Assembly: GCA_035506715.1 (NCBI GenBank)
Contig: DATJOW010000095.1
Span: 5,393 to 69,392 of the forward strand
DNA length: 64,000 nt
Direction of reading: 5' to 3'
From: Candidatus Acidiferrum sp.
GTDB taxonomy: Bacteria; Verrucomicrobiota; Verrucomicrobiia; Limisphaerales; UBA11358
Both the position numbers and the translations under genes were made by a program. Shown here piece by piece: positions 25,094-34,649 of this stretch (position 1 is the first letter of the stretch; every line of letters starts with the position of its first letter). The notes under the pieces are model-generated. The model ran no database searches. It saw nothing but the letters and a program-made list of their open reading frames with translations, and was not told the origin of the DNA.

Positions 25094-26566
25094 TCAACCT
25101 GGCGGCGCCGCCGCCGATCCGCGTTTTTGATACACTGGGATGAAAAACAATCGCGTCTGCTTCATTTCCGGACCCGATTGATACTGAAAAAGCCCGAACA
25201 GGAGCGAGCATTTTTTCGAGACAGCGGTCGTGTCGCGGCGATATAAATTCCAGAGCAACGACTGGCTGGCTGCTCCGATCTTCGGATTGGACTCCGATCG
25301 CCACACCGACCATAACGGCGACCAGTTCCGTTCCACACCCCGGTTGTCCGGCAGCGCGGTTTCAACCAGCGCGAGGATTTGCAGTCGGCGGTTGCCGTTG
25401 AATTCGCGGTGCCAGACGAATAAGGGCCAAAGGTCCAGGCGCTTGCGCTCCGCGCCGGTCTCGAGATTTTTTTCCTTCACATCCTGAAACAGGTAAAACA
25501 AGACCCGCGTTCGCTCCCGGTCCAGCGTCTCGGCGTGCCGACGGTCGTGCTTGTAAAGCGGCCAAAGGTAATACTCGCTGTCAAAACTGTCGTTATGCGC
25601 ACGGCTGAACAGGGGCCAAAACCGGGTCGTGGTCTTGCCTTCGCCGCGGGCGATGTCGATAATCGGCCAGGGGCCTTCCCATTCGTGGTATTTTTTCGCG
25701 CGGTCATCAATCCAGGTGAACAACGGCCAGATCACCGTGGTCACGTCACGTTGGGGCGAGCGGGTCAGGCTGTAAAACAGCAGGGTCGCGCGGAACTTCT
25801 CCGGATTGTCGGTGCCCAGCCCGTTGTTCTGCCGGAAATAGACCGGCCAAAGGGCGAAAAACCGGTCATGGCCGCCGATGACTTCGGTTTCGCCGAACCC
25901 ATTGGTGCTGCGGGTCACGTCCTTGTGCTCGTTCCCGACCAGCGGCCAGCATTGCCAGCCCCGCAACCCGTCTCCGTGCCGCAGATGAAAAATCGGGAAC
26001 AGATAATTGTCCGTCACCACGTCGCGCTTGCGGGTCTCGCTGTAAAGTGGAAACAGAAAGACAAAAATGTCGTCGCGGAACAGCCGGTCCTTGATGTGTC
26101 CGTAAATCGGGATCAGGGCAGTGTAATTCCGGTTGGTATCGGGCGAGCGCTGCTGAAAATAGATGGGGAAAAGGGTGACTCGTTTTGCCTGCTGGGCATT
26201 CTGATTCTGGCCGCCGGCAAAACTGAACAATTCCAAAAACTGGCCGCGATACTCCATGCCAAAACGTTCGTACGTCAGCAACGGATATAAAAGGTCGAAT
26301 TCCTTGGATTCCGTGTCCGGATCGGTGTCGTAGGAAAGCAGTGGCGGGATGGCCCAGGTCGTTTCCGAATCTCTGCTTTGGTCGTAAAAGAACGGCCCGA
26401 CCGCTTCGGTGCGATGGCCGGATCCCAGCGTCAGGACAAATTTCTCGTAGAGGGGGCCGGCACACACCTCATTCTCCGCCCCAAGAGCGGCCATTGAGCC
26501 CAGCGCCAGCCCCAAGCTGATGATCCGCAAGCCGAGGGCGAAAATGTTTAGTCGGTCAGACATCAT
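25094..26566 (-). CDS. Secreted repeat protein of unknown function, first gene of the Mla-type operon
   Basis: Signal peptide, then about twenty recurrences of an aromatic-Pro motif (LYPLLTY, LFPIYF, LIPIYG, LFPLYS, LFPIFH, LWPVYF, IWPLFT, FWPLFS, LWPLYK, LWPLFV, ...). Only 3 nt separate it from mlaE. Confidence 0.6.
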   Translation of the reverse strand: MMSDRLNIFALGLRIISLGLALGSMAALGAENEVCAGPLYEKFVLTLGSGHRTEAVGPFFYDQSRDSETTWAIPPLLSYDTDPDTESKEFDLLYPLLTYERFGMEYRGQFLELFSFAGGQNQNAQQAKRVTLFPIYFQQRSPDTNRNYTALIPIYGHIKDRLFRDDIFVFLFPLYSETRKRDVVTDNYLFPIFHLRHGDGLRGWQCWPLVGNEHKDVTRSTNGFGETEVIGGHDRFFALWPVYFRQNNGLGTDNPEKFRATLLFYSLTRSPQRDVTTVIWPLFTWIDDRAKKYHEWEGPWPIIDIARGEGKTTTRFWPLFSRAHNDSFDSEYYLWPLYKHDRRHAETLDRERTRVLFYLFQDVKEKNLETGAERKRLDLWPLFVWHREFNGNRRLQILALVETALPDNRGVERNWSPLWSVWRSESNPKIGAASQSLLWNLYRRDTTAVSKKCSLLFGLFQYQSGPEMKQTRLFFIPVYQKRGSAAAPPG

Positions 26567-26736
26567 TCTGATGTTGATTATGAGGTGCGGCTAGGCCTAA
26601 TTTTGAAGACGGAATCGACATGGCGTTATCGTTAACTGGTTGGCGATTCTCTTCGTTTCGGGTTGTTAACAGCTTGGTTTAACATTGATGTTGACTTCCT
26701 GCCGTTTTTCTTTATGTTTTTCATACACTTGAGGTT

Positions 26737-29490
26737 TTACCTCGGTTCCTCCTGACCCGGCGTCGACGGCGAGTTGTCGGCGCTGGGTTGTTTTATTAGC
26801 GGGCGCCACCGGCCCAGCAAATTCAAAAGCGCCGGGACCAATGTCAATCCGGCAACCATGCACGCCGCGATGCCGGTGGCCATGACACAGCCTAAGCTGT
26901 GAATGCCGCGGTCTTTGGCGATGATCAAACTGCCGAAACCGGCGATGGCCGTCAATCCGGATACCAGAACCGCTTTGCCGGTACTGCGTGCCAGAATGCT
27001 GGGGGTCCGTTCTTCGGCAAATCGATTGAGGATGTGAATGCCATTGGTCACGCCGATGCCGATGACCAGCGGCAGCGTCATGATGTTCGCGAGATTGACG
27101 GGAATCCCCAGCCAGCCCATCAAACCCGCCAGCCACAGGGTGCCGATGCCGACCGGCAACAACGCCAGTATCACCGAAAGGAGGCTGCGGAAATGGACGA
27201 AAATCAGGAGCACGATTGCCGCCAGTGAATACCACGCCGCTTGAATGTAACTGTCCTTCAACAATTCCTCATACTCATAAAGTTGCACGGGGGTCCCGGT
27301 GACACTGGGATCCACCGTCCGCAATTCCGTGATGAATTTTTTCTGATTGTCCCGCTGCCACATGTTATCCCGCGGAAAGACGTGCAGCAGAAATTTTCCG
27401 GTCTCTCCCACGAACTGGTCGCGGAAGGCCCCGGGCAGATCCTGCAGGTGGACCGGTGCCGTATTGTCCTGATGAAGCAGCAACTGAAAGGTTGCCCGCA
27501 TGTCGTTGAACAGCGCTTGCTGGAACTGCGCCAGCTTGTCCGCGTGCGCCGCCAGCGCATTGGTGTCGCCCGCCAGCATCGTCTTGCGCAGATCTTCAAT
27601 CGCCTGGCGCAAGGCGACCAGATTGCCGGCCAGCTCCCGGTCGCTGTCACCCACTTCGTCCCGGGCCAGCCCCAGATAACCGTAAAGTCCGAATAAAGTC
27701 CGACTGAAGGCGTAGATATCGAGCGGCTGCAGATCCGGTTCTCCGAACTCCAGCGGCGCCAATTGCCGCTTGATTCGACCGATGAGGTTGAGCTTTTCGG
27801 CGTTGCTCGCGTTGAGAAAATTCTCAAACAGGCTGATGGGGGGCTCCACATCTGCCACGGTCGGCAATCGTTTGATCCGGGCGACCAGGTCAATGGCGTT
27901 GGTCACCGAATCGGCGACCACGGCCGCTTCCAGCAGGGATTGGTCGGCCGCCAGCAGCTTATGCTCGTACACCACCGAGGGGAGTCCGATGCTCTGCAAT
28001 TTTTCCAGGTTGTAGTCAAAATAGACCTTGCGCGCCTGGTGCCAGGCCAGCGCGCATAGCGCGGTGGTGAGAATCACGACCAGCACCGGCCGTTGCAGCC
28101 ACAAGTTTTCGATGCGGGCCCGGGTAACGTCCTCGGCGGCTTGATGGTCGATGACGTTTTGCCGCCCCCGCAGGAGCAGTGCCGGCAACAGGGTCATCAT
28201 GGGTATGAAGCAGATCAGCAGGCCGCCGCCACAAATCACTCCCAGTTCCTGGATCCCTTTGAAATGGGTGAACGCCATCGCCAAGAAGGCGCCCGCGGTG
28301 GTCAGGGCACCGGTGAAAATGCCCTGGCCGGTGAAGACCATCGCCTTCGTCAGCGCCGCCTCTTCGGTTTTGCCGTGCCTCAACTCTTCCTCATAGCGGG
28401 TGATCAGGTGGACCCCGTAATCGATGGCCAGGCCGATCAGCATGGGGACAAAGGGCAGGGTCAAGACATTCAAGTGCCCAATGGCCAGCGTGGTGAAAGC
28501 CAGGGTATAGGCCATTCCCACCACCAGGCAGATCGTCGCTTTTACTGGCCGGCCGGTCTCGTTGTAGCCGTAAATGAAAATCAAAACACAGAGCACCAGC
28601 GACACAATGCTGGCGAGCGTGATATCCTTCTGGGACTGCATGGTCTCGTCATAATCGAGCACCGGTTCGCCGATCAGTCCGACATTGAGGCCGGGCACCT
28701 CGTGTTGTGTCTCTTGAATCAGCTCGCGCAGCCGTTCAATCGCGGCGCCGTTCAGTTCATTGGTTGGGGCATGCGACTTGACCAGAAAAATCCGGCCGCG
28801 GTCATAGGTCAGGTAGATATTCGTTTCGCTGCCGGCATTGAACAGCGACGCAACGCTCGGCGAGGGCGGCGTGCCGGACCGGTTCAGGCTGTCGGCCGCC
28901 TGCGTCACGATGCGGGTCAAGGCCGGCAGCGCCTGCACGAGCGATTCCGTCTGGGCGTTCGTTTCCCGCGGCGCAGTCCGGAAGCTGGTGTTGACCTGCT
29001 CGAAGAAGGAGATGAGATTGGTGGTCGGGGTAAATCGGCGGATAAACGGCAGGGTGCCCTCCAGGACTCTTTCCAGCTCCACCAAATCTTCCTCATCGGC
29101 AAACAACAGGGCCTTTGCCCCCATGACCGAGAGGCTCTTCTGGAAAAACACATCCCGGAACAGGTTGGTTTCGGCCTCCATTTTGGCGGCGATGCGCTCG
29201 ATAAACTGGCGGTTTTTCTCAATGTTTTCACTCTCCACCACCACCACCAGATCGTTGCCTTGTTGGGGAAATTCCCTTTGCAGCGCCAGAAAATTCTGAT
29301 GGTACTTCTGGTTGGCCCCGACCAGATTGTCGCGGTTCATGTCGGTTTTCAGATACGCATGGGTGTAGACCACACATACCCCGAACAGCACGGCTTGCGG
29401 GTAAATGAACCAGCGCGGGTGGCGAAATATCGCCGCCGCCAGCCAGGCCAGCAACCGGGCAAGGAGGGTGTCGGGGCTTAATGCTTTCAT
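26737..29490 (-). CDS. RND-superfamily MMPL/HpnN-like lipid exporter
   Basis: 917 aa. Two 6-TM bundles, each preceded by a large soluble loop. The N-terminus (RHPRWFIYPQAVLFGVCVVY) and overall layout resemble HpnN/MMPL transporters rather than AcrB. Confidence 0.7.
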   Translation of the reverse strand: MKALSPDTLLARLLAWLAAAIFRHPRWFIYPQAVLFGVCVVYTHAYLKTDMNRDNLVGANQKYHQNFLALQREFPQQGNDLVVVVESENIEKNRQFIERIAAKMEAETNLFRDVFFQKSLSVMGAKALLFADEEDLVELERVLEGTLPFIRRFTPTTNLISFFEQVNTSFRTAPRETNAQTESLVQALPALTRIVTQAADSLNRSGTPPSPSVASLFNAGSETNIYLTYDRGRIFLVKSHAPTNELNGAAIERLRELIQETQHEVPGLNVGLIGEPVLDYDETMQSQKDITLASIVSLVLCVLIFIYGYNETGRPVKATICLVVGMAYTLAFTTLAIGHLNVLTLPFVPMLIGLAIDYGVHLITRYEEELRHGKTEEAALTKAMVFTGQGIFTGALTTAGAFLAMAFTHFKGIQELGVICGGGLLICFIPMMTLLPALLLRGRQNVIDHQAAEDVTRARIENLWLQRPVLVVILTTALCALAWHQARKVYFDYNLEKLQSIGLPSVVYEHKLLAADQSLLEAAVVADSVTNAIDLVARIKRLPTVADVEPPISLFENFLNASNAEKLNLIGRIKRQLAPLEFGEPDLQPLDIYAFSRTLFGLYGYLGLARDEVGDSDRELAGNLVALRQAIEDLRKTMLAGDTNALAAHADKLAQFQQALFNDMRATFQLLLHQDNTAPVHLQDLPGAFRDQFVGETGKFLLHVFPRDNMWQRDNQKKFITELRTVDPSVTGTPVQLYEYEELLKDSYIQAAWYSLAAIVLLIFVHFRSLLSVILALLPVGIGTLWLAGLMGWLGIPVNLANIMTLPLVIGIGVTNGIHILNRFAEERTPSILARSTGKAVLVSGLTAIAGFGSLIIAKDRGIHSLGCVMATGIAACMVAGLTLVPALLNLLGRWRPLIKQPSADNSPSTPGQEEPR

Positions 29491-29507
29491 GCCTCAGGTC
29501 CCGCCGG

Positions 29508-30239
29508 TTACGTCCCGGAAATGTCGGCGTTGGAATGCACTTCCTTCACGTCATCATGTTCCTCCAGCGCCTCGATCAGTTGATTCACCGCCTTTATGGC
29601 TCCCGCCTCAGTCAAAGCGACTGTCAACGTGGGCAGCGCGGTGATTTCCGCCGCCTCGCACCTGATGTTCCTGGCTTCAATCTGTTGGTGCACCGCCTCA
29701 AAGCGGCCTGGTGCGGTTAGAATTTCATACCCCTGCGGCTCGGCCTTGAAATCCTCCGCTCCCGCCTCCAGCACCAGTTCCATCAACTGATCCTCGTCGG
29801 CGGCTTCCCGCGAGACAATGATTTGCCCCTTGCGATGAAACAGCCGGCTGACCGAGCCGGGGGTGGCAATGCTGCCCCCGCTTTTAGTCACGAGGCTGCG
29901 GATTTCCGATGCCGTGCGATTCCGATTGTCCGTGCTGACCTCCACGAGTAATGCCACGCCGCCGGGGCCGTAAATCTCGTAGGTCAGATCCTCAAAATCC
30001 GCCCCCTCGCCGCCGCCAGTGCCCTTTTTGATGGCGCGCTCGATGTTGTCCTTGGGCATGTTCGCGGTGCGGCACTTCAGCAGCACCATCCGCAGACGCG
30101 GATTCATGTCCGGATCGCCGCCGCCGATTTTGGCGGCAATGGTGATCTCGCGGGCCAGTTTGGAGAAAATCTTGCCGCGTTTGGCGTCAATCGCGCCCTT
30201 GAAATGCTTGACCTTCGCCCATTTGCTGTGTCCGGCCAT
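29508..30239 (-). CDS. yebC: YebC/PmpR-family transcriptional regulator
   Basis: MAGHSKWAKVKHFKGAIDAKRGKIFSKLAREITIAAKIGGGDPDMNPRLR is the canonical N-terminus. Confidence 0.9.
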   Translation of the reverse strand: MAGHSKWAKVKHFKGAIDAKRGKIFSKLAREITIAAKIGGGDPDMNPRLRMVLLKCRTANMPKDNIERAIKKGTGGGEGADFEDLTYEIYGPGGVALLVEVSTDNRNRTASEIRSLVTKSGGSIATPGSVSRLFHRKGQIIVSREAADEDQLMELVLEAGAEDFKAEPQGYEILTAPGRFEAVHQQIEARNIRCEAAEITALPTLTVALTEAGAIKAVNQLIEALEEHDDVKEVHSNADISGT

Positions 30240-30321
30240 GAATTAATTTTGGTTTGAGGGATGACGCTGCCATGCCGTTGCCAGGCGTGCGCCCGAAAGG
30301 GAACTCGCGGGCGGCAAAAGC

Positions 30322-30657
30322 TCAGGCCGCCTCGACATAAACCGCGGTGCCGTAGCACAAGACCTCGGTGATGCCCGCCGCGATTTCCGTCGCGTCGTAC
30401 CGCACCCCGATGACGGCGTTGGCGCCCAATTCGCCGGCGTGCGTGAGCATCAGGTTATACGCATCGCCCCGCGCCTGTTCGCAAAGGTTGGTGTACAGCG
30501 AGATGTTCCCGCCGAAAATGGCCTGGATGCTCGCGCCCATGTTGCCGATGACGGAACGCGACCGCACAATGATGCCGCGTACAACGCCGAACGACTTCGT
30601 CACCCGGTAGCCGGGGAGCTCGAAAGTCGTGGTTGTCAATGGATGTGTCAGACTCAT
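30322..30657 (-). CDS. YbjQ/UPF0145 family protein
   Basis: 111 aa from the ATG at 30657. ...GVVRGIIVRSRSVIGNMGASIQAIFGG...ANAVIGVRYDATEI... is typical of UPF0145. Confidence 0.8.
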   Translation of the reverse strand: MSLTHPLTTTTFELPGYRVTKSFGVVRGIIVRSRSVIGNMGASIQAIFGGNISLYTNLCEQARGDAYNLMLTHAGELGANAVIGVRYDATEIAAGITEVLCYGTAVYVEAA

Positions 30658-30721
30658 AGGGCCATGATTGAACACGACCCCGCAAACCGACAAAAGCGAA
30701 AAGTTCCCCCGCGGCTGGGCC

Positions 30722-31159
30722 TCAAGGTGAAAGCCAGGCGAAGGCCGGCAAATTTCGCAACACCGTGAACAGCGCAATAACGATCAAGACCCCCCACCCG
30801 GCTCCGGCTGGCAGGCGCACCGTCGCCGGACGGCGCCGGATCCGCCGCCCCACCCACCAGACACCCCAGACGCCCAGCGCAACCAGGGCCAGGACGAACA
30901 GCGCGTTGTCGCGCAGCGCGCGAAGCAGATGGCCGTGCAACAATTGATACGCCGCCCGCGTCCCGCCGCAACCCGGGCAGTTCCAGCCGGTCAATTGGTG
31001 GAACAAGCAAACCGGATAAAAACCGCTCCGGGCGGGATCGAAAAAGAACAGCACCGCCCCCGAGCCCAGCACCGCCATCGTCAGCGCCAGCGCCGCAAAC
31101 AGGGCCGGCGACGAAGATACGGCGATTCTGGGCGGCAAGGATCGGGATTCCTCAGACAT
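30722..31159 (-). CDS. DUF2752 membrane protein
   Basis: CLFHQLTGWNCPGCGGTRA motif plus hydrophobic helices. Confidence 0.75.
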   Translation of the reverse strand: MSEESRSLPPRIAVSSSPALFAALALTMAVLGSGAVLFFFDPARSGFYPVCLFHQLTGWNCPGCGGTRAAYQLLHGHLLRALRDNALFVLALVALGVWGVWWVGRRIRRRPATVRLPAGAGWGVLIVIALFTVLRNLPAFAWLSP

Positions 31160-31165
31160 CGTGGA

Positions 31166-31672
31166 TTAAAACGTCTTGAGCTGCCATTCAAATCGCCCCG
31201 GGTGGAGCGCCAGCTGGAGCAGGGTCAGCCCGAATCCCAGCAGAAGTCCGGCGGCGGATAGAATCAACCCGGTAATGGCCAGGGTGCGGCCCGCATAAAG
31301 CTCCGGATGCCGGTTGATTTGTGACCAGCCGATCAGCGAGCAGATTAGCCCGAGCAGGCTGAGAGGCGCCCCACAGCAACAACAGCAGGTCAGCGATAAA
31401 ATGCCGCAGATCAGCCCCGCCGCCGCGAAGAAATTCGTCCGGCGCCGGACGCTCGCCGGCGCCAGGGCCGGCCAAGGCCCAATCACCGGCGGCGGAGGCG
31501 GGGCAAACTGGCTCGCAAATTCAGGCAGCCGGCCGAGGAGGTTCCATTCCGCCGCTCCGGGCGCAAGCGTCTGGGTCTGCGCGTTGGCCCGGCCCTCGGC
31601 AATCCATTGTCGCAATTGGCCGGCTGTAGCCGGGCCGTATTCTCTGCCATCGGCGCCGATGATTCGGTACAT
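31166..31672 (-). CDS. GYF_2 (DUF4339) domain protein with a Cys-rich C-terminal membrane region
   Basis: MYRIIGADGREYGPATAGQLRQWIAEGR...AEWNLLGRLPEF, then TM helices including LTCCCCCGAPL. Confidence 0.65.
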   Translation of the reverse strand: MYRIIGADGREYGPATAGQLRQWIAEGRANAQTQTLAPGAAEWNLLGRLPEFASQFAPPPPPVIGPWPALAPASVRRRTNFFAAAGLICGILSLTCCCCCGAPLSLLGLICSLIGWSQINRHPELYAGRTLAITGLILSAAGLLLGFGLTLLQLALHPGRFEWQLKTF

Positions 31673-31675
31673 GGT

Positions 31676-31975
31676 TCAAAGGTGTTTCGTTTTTCTCAGA
31701 ATGAACAGCCCGATGATGATCGCCACCACCAGCAATCCGATTCCCGCCGCCAGCCACCGCCCGCGACCCGAGGCGGAGGCTCTGGCTTGCTGCTTTTGCC
31801 GGGCGGCAAAACTTTCCGCAAACTCCGGCAGGTCGCTCAGAAACACCCAGTCGGCCGCGCCCTCCGGCATGACGGGGGTCTTGGGCTCCACCCGGCCTTC
31901 CCGGATCCATTGCTTCACCGTTTGGGCGGGCATCGCATCGTATTCATTTCCGTCTGATCCTAGAATCTTGTACAT
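31676..31975 (-). CDS. GYF_2 (DUF4339) domain protein with one C-terminal TM; paralogue of the downstream gene
   Basis: From the ATG at 31975: MYKILGSDGNEYDAMPAQTVKQWIREGR...ADWVFLSDLPEF, then WLAAGIGLLVVAIIIGLFIL. Confidence 0.65.
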   Translation of the reverse strand: MYKILGSDGNEYDAMPAQTVKQWIREGRVEPKTPVMPEGAADWVFLSDLPEFAESFAARQKQQARASASGRGRWLAAGIGLLVVAIIIGLFILRKTKHL

Positions 31976-31985
31976 ACACGCTCCG

Positions 31986-32783
31986 CTAATCTTCTTCACC
32001 CCGCTTGAGCGCGCCGCCCATGTCCGCGCACACGCCCCGCCGGGCTTCGGCAACAAAATTAAGCATGTTTATTGCCACGGGAGAGGCGAATTCCTTCCGC
32101 GCGGCTTCGACGGCCGCCCGCAAATTCTGTCCGCTGCGGAACAAGGCGTGGTACAGCCGCTTCAATTCCAGCCGCTGTTCGGCTGTGACGCCGGCCCGCC
32201 GCAGGCCGATGATGTTCAACCCGCAAATTTCGTTGATGCGCATTGCGATGGTGAACGGCGGCACATCCTGGCTGATGGCCGAGCCGCCTTGCATCAGCGC
32301 CAACGTGCCCACCCGGCAGAACTGGTGGATGAGGCAGTTACCGGAAATGAACGCGCCATCTTGCACGACGGCATGTCCCGCCACCATCGCGCCGCCCCCC
32401 AGGATCACGTGATCGCCCACCACTACATTGTGCCCGACGTGACAATGCGGAGTCAGAAAATTGTGCGAGCCGATGACCGTTTCCCCCTCCAGCGTGGCGG
32501 CGCAGTTCACCGTGACATGTTCGCGAAAGCGGTTGTGGTCGCCGATGCGCAGTCGCGTCGGCTCGCCTTTGTATTTCACGTCCACCGGCTCATCGCCAAT
32601 GACACAGCCCGCGTAAAACCGATTGTGCGCGCCAGCGGTCGTCTGCCCCGTGAGATAAACGAGCGGCCCGACGACGCAATGCGCGCCCAGCGCCACGCCT
32701 TCGTCAATCACCGCCTGAGCGCCGACCTCAACGGTTGAATCCAGTTTTGCTTTCGGATGAATGACGGCTGTTGGATGAATCAC
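31986..32783 (-). CDS. lpxA: Acyl-ACP--UDP-N-acetylglucosamine O-acyltransferase LpxA
   Basis: MIHPTAVIHPKAKL..., hexapeptide repeats, ...GDHNRFREHVTV...GSHNFLTPHCHVGHN..., and a C-terminal helical domain (GLNIIGLRRAG). Confidence 0.9.
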   Translation of the reverse strand: MIHPTAVIHPKAKLDSTVEVGAQAVIDEGVALGAHCVVGPLVYLTGQTTAGAHNRFYAGCVIGDEPVDVKYKGEPTRLRIGDHNRFREHVTVNCAATLEGETVIGSHNFLTPHCHVGHNVVVGDHVILGGGAMVAGHAVVQDGAFISGNCLIHQFCRVGTLALMQGGSAISQDVPPFTIAMRINEICGLNIIGLRRAGVTAEQRLELKRLYHALFRSGQNLRAAVEAARKEFASPVAINMLNFVAEARRGVCADMGGALKRGEED

Positions 32784-32930
32784 AGACTAAAAGTGACGCA
32801 TTCGCCCCGGTTGCCAAGTTCAAAATGCCGCCCCAACGCGAAGAGGCTTTGTCCGGATGGATTTGCATGGTAAATTGCACGGGCCGAAATGAGCGTCACC
32901 ATCCAGTCTGAACCGGCAGGAGAGCAAACT

Positions 32931-32958
32931 CCGCCATCCGCCATCCGCCATCCGCCCT
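32931..32958. repeat. Heptamer tandem array (CCGCCAT)x3 + CCGCCCT inside the U32 N-terminus
   Basis: Read directly. Translates as PPSAIRHPP. Confidence 0.7.
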
Positions 32959-33822
32959 TGCCGGAGTTGCTCGCGCCCGCTGGGGACTGGGATTGCGTAC
33001 GCGCCGCGGTCGAGAACGGCGCCGATGCGATTTATTTCGGCCTCGAAAAATTCAACGCCCGGATGCGGGCGCAGAACTTCACCTCGGCCGATCTGCCTTG
33101 CTTGATGGATTTTCTGCACCGGCGCGGCGTGCGCGGCTATGTCACTCTCAACACGCTGGTTTTTGAGCAGGAACTCGCCGACGCCGAAAAATATTTGCGC
33201 ACGATGATCGCCGCCGGGGTGGACGCCGTCGTGGTCCAGGATGTGGGCATCTGCCGGCTGATCCGGCGGCTTTCGCCCGATTTACCGATTCACGCTTCGA
33301 CCCAGATGACCATCACCAGCGCCGCCGGCGTGGATTTCGCCCGCGACCTCGGCTGCAGCCTGGTCGTGCTCGCCCGCGAATGTTCCATCAAGGAAATCGA
33401 GAAAATCCAAGCCATACAAGGCAAGGCGGGCCGTCTCTTGCCCGCCGTATCCTCCTTTACCAACGACGGCGCGATAGCGACATCGCGCCCCACCATTCTC
33501 CCCCTGGAAGTTTTTGTCCACGGCGCTCTCTGCGTTGCTTACTCGGGCCAATGCCTGACCAGCGAGGCGCTCGGTGGTCGCTCGGCCAACCGCGGCGAAT
33601 GCGCCCAAGCCTGCCGCATGCCTTACGAACTCCTGTCCGACGGGCAACTCGTGCCGCTGGGTGACCGGAAATATCTGCTGAGCCCGCAGGACCTGGCCGG
33701 GCTGGACGTGTTGCCGGAATTGATTCGAGCGGGCGTGGCCTCGCTGAAAATCGAGGGCCGGCTCAAATCCCCCGAATACGTGGCGAATATCACGCGGATT
33801 TACCGCCAAGCGCTGGATAATT

Positions 33823-33890
33823 GCGGAATGCAGAATGCGGAATGTGAAATGCTATCTGCCTCAGCCAGTCCGAAATCCGAAATCCGAAAT
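33823..33890. repeat. Paired heptamer arrays GCGGAAT GCAGAAT GCGGAAT GTGAAAT / 19-nt spacer / (CCGAAAT)x3, at the U32 frameshift
   Basis: Read directly. Total length is 68 nt, which is not a multiple of 3. The left arm has 4 units and the right arm 3. Confidence 0.8.
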
Positions 33891-34649
33891 ATGAGATGGA
33901 GATGGCTTTCTCCCGCGGCTTGCACACCGGCTGGTTCGGCGGCACCAACAATCAGCAACTCGTACACGCCCGCTTCGGAAAAAAACGCGGGGTCTATCTC
34001 GGTGAAGTGAAAAAGGTTTTGCGCGACGCGGTTGTGGTCAAACTGAAAGGCCCGTTGAAGCCGGGCGACGGCGTGGTGTTTGACGCCGGCAAGCCGGCGG
34101 AACCCGAGGAGGGCGGGCGGGTTTACGAAATCCGAAAGGCAAGGCGCGGTGTCCCTACCGCGCCGAAAGCACGGCTCGCTACGGAGGGCGAGCCCCACCA
34201 GGTCGAACTCCATTTCGGCCGCGGCGACATCCATTTCGCGCGCGTTCACGTCGGCGACAAACTGTGGAAGACCAGCGACCCGGAACTGGACCGACGCCTC
34301 CGCCAAAGCTTCGCCGGTGCTACGCCCAGATTCCAGCGACCGATTGAAATCGAAGTGCACGGCATCGCCGGCAAGGCGCTGACCCTGATTGCCCATGATG
34401 AATTCGGCAACATTGCCAAAGTGGAATCATCCATGCCGCTGGCCCGGGCGGATAAACATCCGCTCACGACGGACCGTTTGCGCGAACAATTGGGCCGGTT
34501 GGGGGGCACGCCGTTCCGGCTCGGTGGGTTAAAAAACCTTTTGTCGGGTGACGTGCTGCTGCCGGTCAGCGAGCTGAATCGCTTGCGCCGCGAAATCGTC
34601 GGCGAACTGGAAAGGCGGCGCACCCAGCCTAAGCGTTGGACGCTTTCTG

